DNA from: the human T2T-CHM13v2.0 reference genome, Homo sapiens
NCBI GenBank assembly: GCA_009914755.4
Contig: CP068257.2
Span: 22,080,001 to 22,144,000 of the forward strand
Direction of reading: 5' to 3'
Length of the DNA stretch: 64,000 nt
Shown: piece after piece, positions 56,817 through 64,000 of the stretch
Layout of the letters: the number at the start of each line of letters is the position of its first letter
Position numbering within the stretch: the first letter of the stretch is position 1
Notes under the pieces: generated by a model
Told to the model about the DNA's origin: nothing
What the model saw: the letters and a program-made list of their open reading frames with translations, nothing else
The model's database searches: none
Made by a program: the position numbers and the translations under genes

Positions 56817-58150
56817 TTAGTTGTCTATTAATTCACTTCAGTGTTAGTTATGAGTTGATCCTAAAAATAGAAATATTGCATTCACCAATTATATTAGGTG
56901 AAGAGTTGAAAAAGTTACCTATTTTTTTTCTTCTGTCTGTGGATTTTATTCACTCCCTATGCGTACCAAAGAACACACAATCAACACAAGCTTCCAGATG
57001 CAGAGATTTGTTCTGAACTCTGTGGAGCAGGTTTGCTTAACAGCAAGCATTCTCTCATCAATTTTACCTTCAGCATTTGAGATTTCGTTAACTCCTTAAG
57101 CTAATTCAAATATTGACATTTTTCAGCACTGTTCATTTTGTAATCAGGGAGCAACAGAAAAAAAAGATGAGAAAGCACATCACAAAATCACATAAATTCA
57201 AAAGACATATTTGTATCTCACACAAATAGTACCTCTGAGCTCCAACAAGAGTAATTCAGTGGCAAGCCTGAAAGTATTGATTTGTTCAAACCCCCCCAAG
57301 GGCCATGCCCTTTCTCTATTTAGTGAGAAAAAAATACAAAAATGTGTCATTTATAACAAAGATTTTAATATCAAGCTGATCAAAAGCTATGTTATAATGG
57401 CCCACGTACTCATTAAATTTTAAATTTATTTTTAGTATTTTTTCATTACTTAGATTTATTTATTTCTATACATTTTAGTATCATAACATCCTCCCCCTTT
57501 CAACGAATCTGAGAGTACAATTTTCCTTCACAGTCGACAGTCATTCTTCTCAAGAAGAGAAATAATTTTGGAAATGATGAAGAATGAGATTGCCTTGCTG
57601 ATTTTAATCCAAAAGATGCTTTGAGGTGAAATCTGACAGAGGGTCCCTGCGGATATTTTATACTGTATCAGCATTGCCGTTGTCTTTCCTAATCAGCAGT
57701 TTTATCTATTCTCCATGGTAGGGCATAGATATTTTTTTTATGCTTGAGATTTCACAGAATGGGAAGTCTGAAGCCCTGAAGATTTCTGATCACATTTTTC
57801 AAAAGCATCATAACTTATTCATTCATCACTTGTGGTTCCACACATACATGCAATTACCATATGTATCTCTCTCTGCTAAGGCCTATGTTACCATGGAGAC
57901 AATGGACTTCTTTGATATTTGAGGACACTGGTCACTTTTACTACTCGCTGAAATGTGGTTTTAGCTAATATCATTAGGTTAAGTTATTCAAACAACCCAG
58001 TTAAATTTATCATATTAAACACTACCAATTATATTTTCAACTTACAATTTATGCATAACACAAAACTACCTTTAGAACATGCCTGAGTCTGTTGCTTAAC
58101 AGTACATGTTCACAAAATTAAACACAAGTACAAAAATTATTCATATCTAA

Positions 58151-58496
<346 letters not shown>

Positions 58497-58952
58497 TCCT
58501 CTTAATTTTAAATGCACGCTTCAGATGTGTAGGAAAGGTAAATTTTTTTCTCTATTTTCTCTTGCCTTAAGATTCTCTGCCTTAGATTTTTATATCAAAG
58601 TATGCAGTGTCATTTGTATAGTAATATCTACTTCCATGACAGAGAAACAAATCTAGTAAACTAACTCAAACTAACACATTAATAACAATGAATTTGACAT
58701 ACAAAAGTATTTGTATTTTATCAAAAGATTTCTTATAGAATGTATTCATCCTAGGGAGGTTCCATAATGGAAGTATGAGATCCTGGGGCATCTTTTCCTT
58801 GGAGAATTTTAGACGATATCTGACCTTCAATATGTGATAAGAAACTGCCCTGTCATCAAAGTCAATGTTATCACTGTTAAGTGAGGATTTGTTTGTGTTA
58901 AATTAAATGATTAATGGATGTGGGAAATTATGTCTTAATAAGAAAATAGAAT

Positions 58953-59208
58953 TAGCCTGGGCAACATGGCAAAACCCCGTTTCTACAAAAAATGCAAAAA
59001 TTAGCCAGGCCTGGTGGCTTGTGCTTGTAGTCTCAGCTACTAGGGAGGCTGAGGTAGGAGGATCGCTTGAACCTGGGAAGCGGAAGGCTGCAGTAAGCCA
59101 AGATCATGTCACTGCACTCCAACCTGAGTGACAGAGTGAGACCCTGTCTCAAAATAAATAAATAGATAAATAAATAAAAAACAAATGAAAGAACGAATGA
59201 AAATAGAA
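58953..59208 (+). mobile_element. Alu, sense, 5'-truncated (starts ~position 90), (AAATA)n tail; perfect 12-bp TSD GAAAATAGAATT
   Basis: AGCCTGGGCAACATGGCAAAACCCCGTTTCTACAAAAAATGCAAAAATTAGCCAGGCCTGGTGGCTTGTGCTTGTAGTCTCAGCTACTAGGGAGGCTGAGGTAGGAGGATCGCTTGAACC.... TSD at 58941-58952 and 59209-59220. Confidence 0.9.
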
Positions 59209-60239
59209 TTCACTTAAGCATATATCCACCCAACTAAATCTGGCCCAACTGATTTTTCTGGTTTTATTCCCTTAGAGGCAACGTGGACTAAGGAAAAGAG
59301 AATGATCCTGAAAGGTTAAATAGAATTATGGCTTTGACAACTAATGCTGCCTAACACTGGACAACTCAGGTAAGATCATTCTCTCTTACAAAGTCGCCTT
59401 TCCACAATTTGCCTTGTTGATCAGTTCCTTTCTATTTTTATCTGGTTTGTTGTCTCTCTTCTGTCATTTCTGCTCTACCTCTAAGATGATTTTTTGTTCT
59501 TGTTTTCTTGTCTCCTCCATACATTTTTGTGCTTATGAAAATTTCTTACTTGTTTTCTTCTCTTCACCAACTAAAATCTACCTTTAGACTAGAAATGTGT
59601 GACCATTTCTTACGTTGTGTGACTATTTAGCAGTCTGGCATAGCCTGTAAGCCTTTTTCTGAGAACGATGTTTTCAATGCGTGAAAGCAAATACAAAGAA
59701 TGATAAAGGAAATCGCTGAAATACAGGTGTGAAACTAGGGTAGTCCCCTCTTATCTGCAAAGGATACAATCCAAGACCCCAGTGTATGCCTGTAATTTGG
59801 ATAGTATTGAACCCAGCTGCCATCAATCAGAGCACAGTTCTGTTCATGTCTTCCACCCACATATTTATTGCCTCTTCTATCTCCTAACTAAGCACTTATT
59901 ATGCACTGGGACAATAATTTTTGCAGTTTGAGGTGCAACAGACAAACTGGCACAAAACTCTTTTCTCTTCGCCAGATTAAGGATGGAAGATTTGATCTTA
60001 CCATATGTTATAGTAACTTCAGCATACAATTTTTTCCTTTCTTCTTTGCTTTGACAATATTCACTTTTTCGTTTTAAAGAAAGTACTTTAAGACGTCTTT
60101 TTGGCATATGCGAGTTGCCAGCATCGCTACTCTTGTTCTTTGGGGCCATGATGAAGTAAAAGAAGGGTTATTTGAACACAAACACTGGACGAAGGAATGA
60201 TTCACAATGCCCAGGGCAGTAGGGAGTGGAACAGAGTGA

Positions 60240-60896
<657 letters not shown>

Positions 60897-61122
60897 AGTT
60901 GGACAATATTGATAGATAATTAAAACGTGGCATTTTGCCAAGGTAAGTTAACTAAATTATCTGAGCTATGTTTGTGAATAAATGAATGATAAATATATAT
61001 ATATATATACACACATGTAAATATGTGTAATTATATATGTATATTCATATTTATACATAACTCCTATGGCAAAATGGTTTTTCCACTCACCCTCGCCCCC
61101 TTAAATTCTGACGCCCTCGGCC

Positions 61123-61166
61123 TCCCAAAGAGCTGGGGTTACAGGTGTGAACCACCGCACCTGGCC
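61123..61166 (-). mobile_element. Short Alu 5'-end fragment (~45 bp), antisense
   Basis: CCTCGGCCTCCCAAAGAGCTGGGGTTACAGGTGTGAACCACCGCACCTGGCC. ORF 61087..61359 overlaps it and is non-genic. Confidence 0.6.
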
Positions 61167-61876
61167 TGAAATATTTTTCATTTGATATTTTTAGACCAAG
61201 GTTGGCTGCAGTTAATGGAAACCATAGGCAGTGAAATGTGAATAATGCGAGAGGACTACTGGATAGTTGACCCTCGAGCAACATGGGTTTGGGCTGCATA
61301 GATCCCCTTCTACACAGATTTTTTTTCTCCATCTGCCATCCCTGAGATCTCAAGACCAACTCTTCCTCCTTATCATCCTCTTCATCCTACTCAATGTGAA
61401 GATGAAGTGAATGAAGATCTTTATGATAATCTACTTTCACTTAATGAATAGTAAATATATTTTCTCTTCCTTTTGATTTTTAATCACATTTTATTTTCTC
61501 TAACTTTATTGTAACAATACCTTATATAAAACATTTAATATACAAAATATGTGTTAATCAACTATTTATATTATTGGTAAGGCATCCAGTCAACTATAGG
61601 CTGTTGGTAGTTAAGTGTTGGGGAAGTCAAAATTTATCCAGAGATTTTCTACTTTGAGGGAAGCCAGCGTCCCCCACCCCCATATTGTTCAAGGGTCAAC
61701 TGTAATTTAAAATACTTTATTAACATAAGTCAAAAGATCTAAAGACACGTTTCATAGGTATCATAATTTCAAAATAAGGATAAGCACCAATAATCTTTCA
61801 AAATGTCTGCAGCAACTATAATGTTACATGAGAGTATGTGAAGTTTATGTTGGTGATACTGTGCTCTGTTCTCTAG

Positions 61877-62158
61877 GACATGATGGCTCATACCTGTAAT
61901 CCCAGCACTTTGGGAGGCTGAGGCGGGTTAATCACCTGATGTCAGGAGTTTGAGACCAGCCTGGCCAACAGGGTAAAACCCTGTCTCTACTGAAAATACG
62001 AAAATTAGCCAGGCATGGTTGTGGGCGCCTGTAATGCCACCTAGTCGGGAGGCTGAGGCAGAAGAATCACTTGAACTCAGGAGGTGGAAGTTGCAGTGAG
62101 CTAAGATTGTTACATTGCACTCTAGCCTGGATGACAAGAGTGAAACTCTGTCAAAAAA
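61877..62158 (+). mobile_element. Alu (AluS/J-like), sense, whose A-tail has expanded into the downstream purine microsatellite
   Basis: GGACATGATGGCTCATACCTGTAATCCCAGCACTTTGGGAGGCTGAGGCGGGTTAATCACCTGATGTCAGGAGTTTGAGACCAGCCTGGCCAACAGGGTAAAACCCTGTCTCTACTGAAAATACGAAAATTAGCCAGGCATGG...GAGTGAAACTCTGTCAAAAAAGG. Confidence 0.88.
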
Positions 62159-62159
62159 G

Positions 62160-62205
62160 GAAAGGAGGGGAAGGGAAGGGAAGAAGAGAGAGAGAGAGAG
62201 AAGGA

Positions 62206-62289
<84 letters not shown>

Positions 62290-62348
62290 GAAAGGAAGAA
62301 AGAAAGAAAGGGAGAGAAGGAGGGAGGGAGGAAGGAAGGAAGGAAGGA

Positions 62349-62416
<68 letters not shown>

Positions 62417-62738
62417 AAAGGAAAGGAAAGGAAGGGAAGGAGGGAGGGAGGGAGGGAAAGGAAGGAAGGAAAGAAAGAAAAAGGGAAGAAAGGAAAGAAA
62501 GGAAAGAAAGAAAAAAGAAAGAAAGAGAGAGAAGGAGAGAGGGAGGGAGGGAGGGAGGAAGGAAGGAAAAAAGAAAGGAAAGGAAAGGAAGGAGGGAGGG
62601 AGGGAGGGAAAGGAAGGAAGGAAAGAAAGAAAAAGGGAAGAAAGGAAAGAAAAAAAGAAGGAAAGAGAAGGAAAGGAATGAAGGGAGGGAGGGAGGGAGG
62701 AAGGAAGGAAGGAAGAAAGGAAGGAAGGAAGGAAGGAA
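62160..62738. repeat. Long compound purine microsatellite (GAAA)n/(GGAA)n/(GGGA)n/(GA)n, ~580 bp, all purine on the + strand
   Basis: Uninterrupted AAGGAAAGAAAGAAAG...GGAAGGAAGGAA...GGGAGGGAGGGA blocks seen directly. ORFs 62071..62826 (251 aa, KERKKERKK...), 62115..62681 and 62151..62762 (- strand, FLSFFLS...) are translation artefacts of this repeat. Confidence 0.97.
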
Positions 62739-64000
62739 ATGGTATTTTAAGAGGTTAGTCAAAATAATGACGTATTATTTTCTCTCAAGATCACAGACTC
62801 CTTACTTCTCTCCATGGATTCCTTAGGTGAAGACCACTTTCTGTAGATCAACCCCTCCTCATCCCCTATTTAATAACAGTTCATATCATAATGCTTCTTA
62901 ATAAATAATTTTATTTCCCTTTTCACTGATATGATTGGAAACTTTTTGAGGTCATCAACCTTTGTATGTTTGATGACATTGCCAGTGACTAATCAATAAA
63001 TATTTTGGAACAAGTAGAAGAGATCTTGCTGTTCACTCCCGGTGTCTCTCAAAGAAATCCAGCCCTGTGTAGGTGATTGCTAATAAGACTTATCTATTCC
63101 TAATATGAGTGTGAGATGAGGTGCTTCATGAGAACTATGACAAATTCCCAAAGAATTTAGTCCTCCCAATACGTTGGAACTAAGGCTAAAGTTTAGGCTG
63201 TCTCCTATGTCCTCCCTCAATAAATAAATAAACCTATTTATGTATCTAATAAATTACATTAGGATAAAATGTAAATGTTCTTAGTCAAGGAGAGGGAGAT
63301 AAGAAGGGAGAAACTGTCTCACCTGGCCCTATTTGCTACCCAGAAAACATAGGAAAATAAAGATATAAGAATGGGAATTTATGGAATATAAATGGAGAAG
63401 AGACACTAGCCAAGAGAAATTCAACCCCAGGTCCCTTGGAGTTAAGAAAGAAAAACATTAAATAGGCCCAGTTCTAATAATTCTAATAGGCATGCCTCTT
63501 AACAAAAACAAATCATCAAATGCTTAGGAATGAGACACCTCAATTTTCAAGTCTTTTTTGTCATGTAGAGAAGGCCCCTCCTCTGAAAAAGTCTCTCAGG
63601 ACATACGTCAGTCATGTTATCTTGTTATAGTCAAAGCAGTTACCACCTGGAAACCCTTCGAGATCAATGACCAAATGCTTAAAGTACCACTCAGTGATTG
63701 TGAAAGGATTAAACATCAATAAATGGCTAATATTGCACCTGGTAGTGAGTATGGTTGAGTTTCTCTCCAAATTTTCTTTCTGAAAATTTACAGAGCCTTG
63801 ATTATAAGCAATGTGCTTGATTCAGAAACATCAGCCAACTTGGAATTACAACTTGCACTGCTGGGTTTGTTTGCAAATAAAATAAAAGCAAGAAGAAAAA
63901 CACAGAGACAAGATTATAAAAGACACTAGAATTTGGAAAAGAGATTAAATATTATTAAAATATCATTCCTAGGAATTAGAAACAGTTCTGTAAGCAATAA

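Noticed and set aside
62071-62826. Three long overlapping ORFs (251, 188 and 203 aa) that could be mistaken for lysine/glutamate-rich or serine/phenylalanine/leucine-rich proteins
   Set aside because: They are frame translations of the (GAAA/GGAA)n microsatellite: pure low-complexity sequence with no start-codon context. The same repeat yields ORFs in all frames on both strands.

Overview
This window is not prokaryotic. It reads as primate, almost certainly human, nuclear genomic DNA from an AT-rich, gene-poor intergenic or deep-intronic region that is saturated with retrotransposons. I found no protein-coding exons, CpG islands, tRNA/rRNA genes or CRISPR-like arrays. Every ORF of 60-250 aa in the supplied track is explained by a repeat: Alu sense/antisense translations (the recurring '...[35 protein letters not shown]...' peptides), L1 ORF2 remnants, MaLR internal sequence, or the poly-Lys/Glu/Arg artefacts of a 580-bp (GAAA/GGAA)n microsatellite. 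About 35 Alu copies (AluJ/S/Y-like, both strands) are recognisable, and many have intact target-site duplications. Also present are several L1 3'-end insertions (one with a classic twin-priming inversion), an apparently full-length ~2.2-kb THE1/MST-class MaLR element flanked by a 5-bp CCTAG duplication, solo MaLR/ERVL LTRs (MLT1, MLT2-like, MST-like), a MIR, an (AC)n microsatellite, long poly-T tracts and an AT-rich palindromic tandem array. The observations most worth a second look are: (i) a 655-bp insertion bounded by a perfect 16-bp direct repeat and ending in AATAAA plus an A-rich tail, likely a processed retrocopy; (ii) a ~97%-identical, ~210-bp inverted duplication pair separated by 1.5 kb; (iii) the L1 twin-priming structure; (iv) nested Alu-into-Alu-tail insertions and other rearranged repeats. 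I see no evidence for a novel coding 'system' and say so plainly. Family names are assigned from memory of the consensus sequences. Coordinates of diverged ends are approximate (about +/-5-10 bp).
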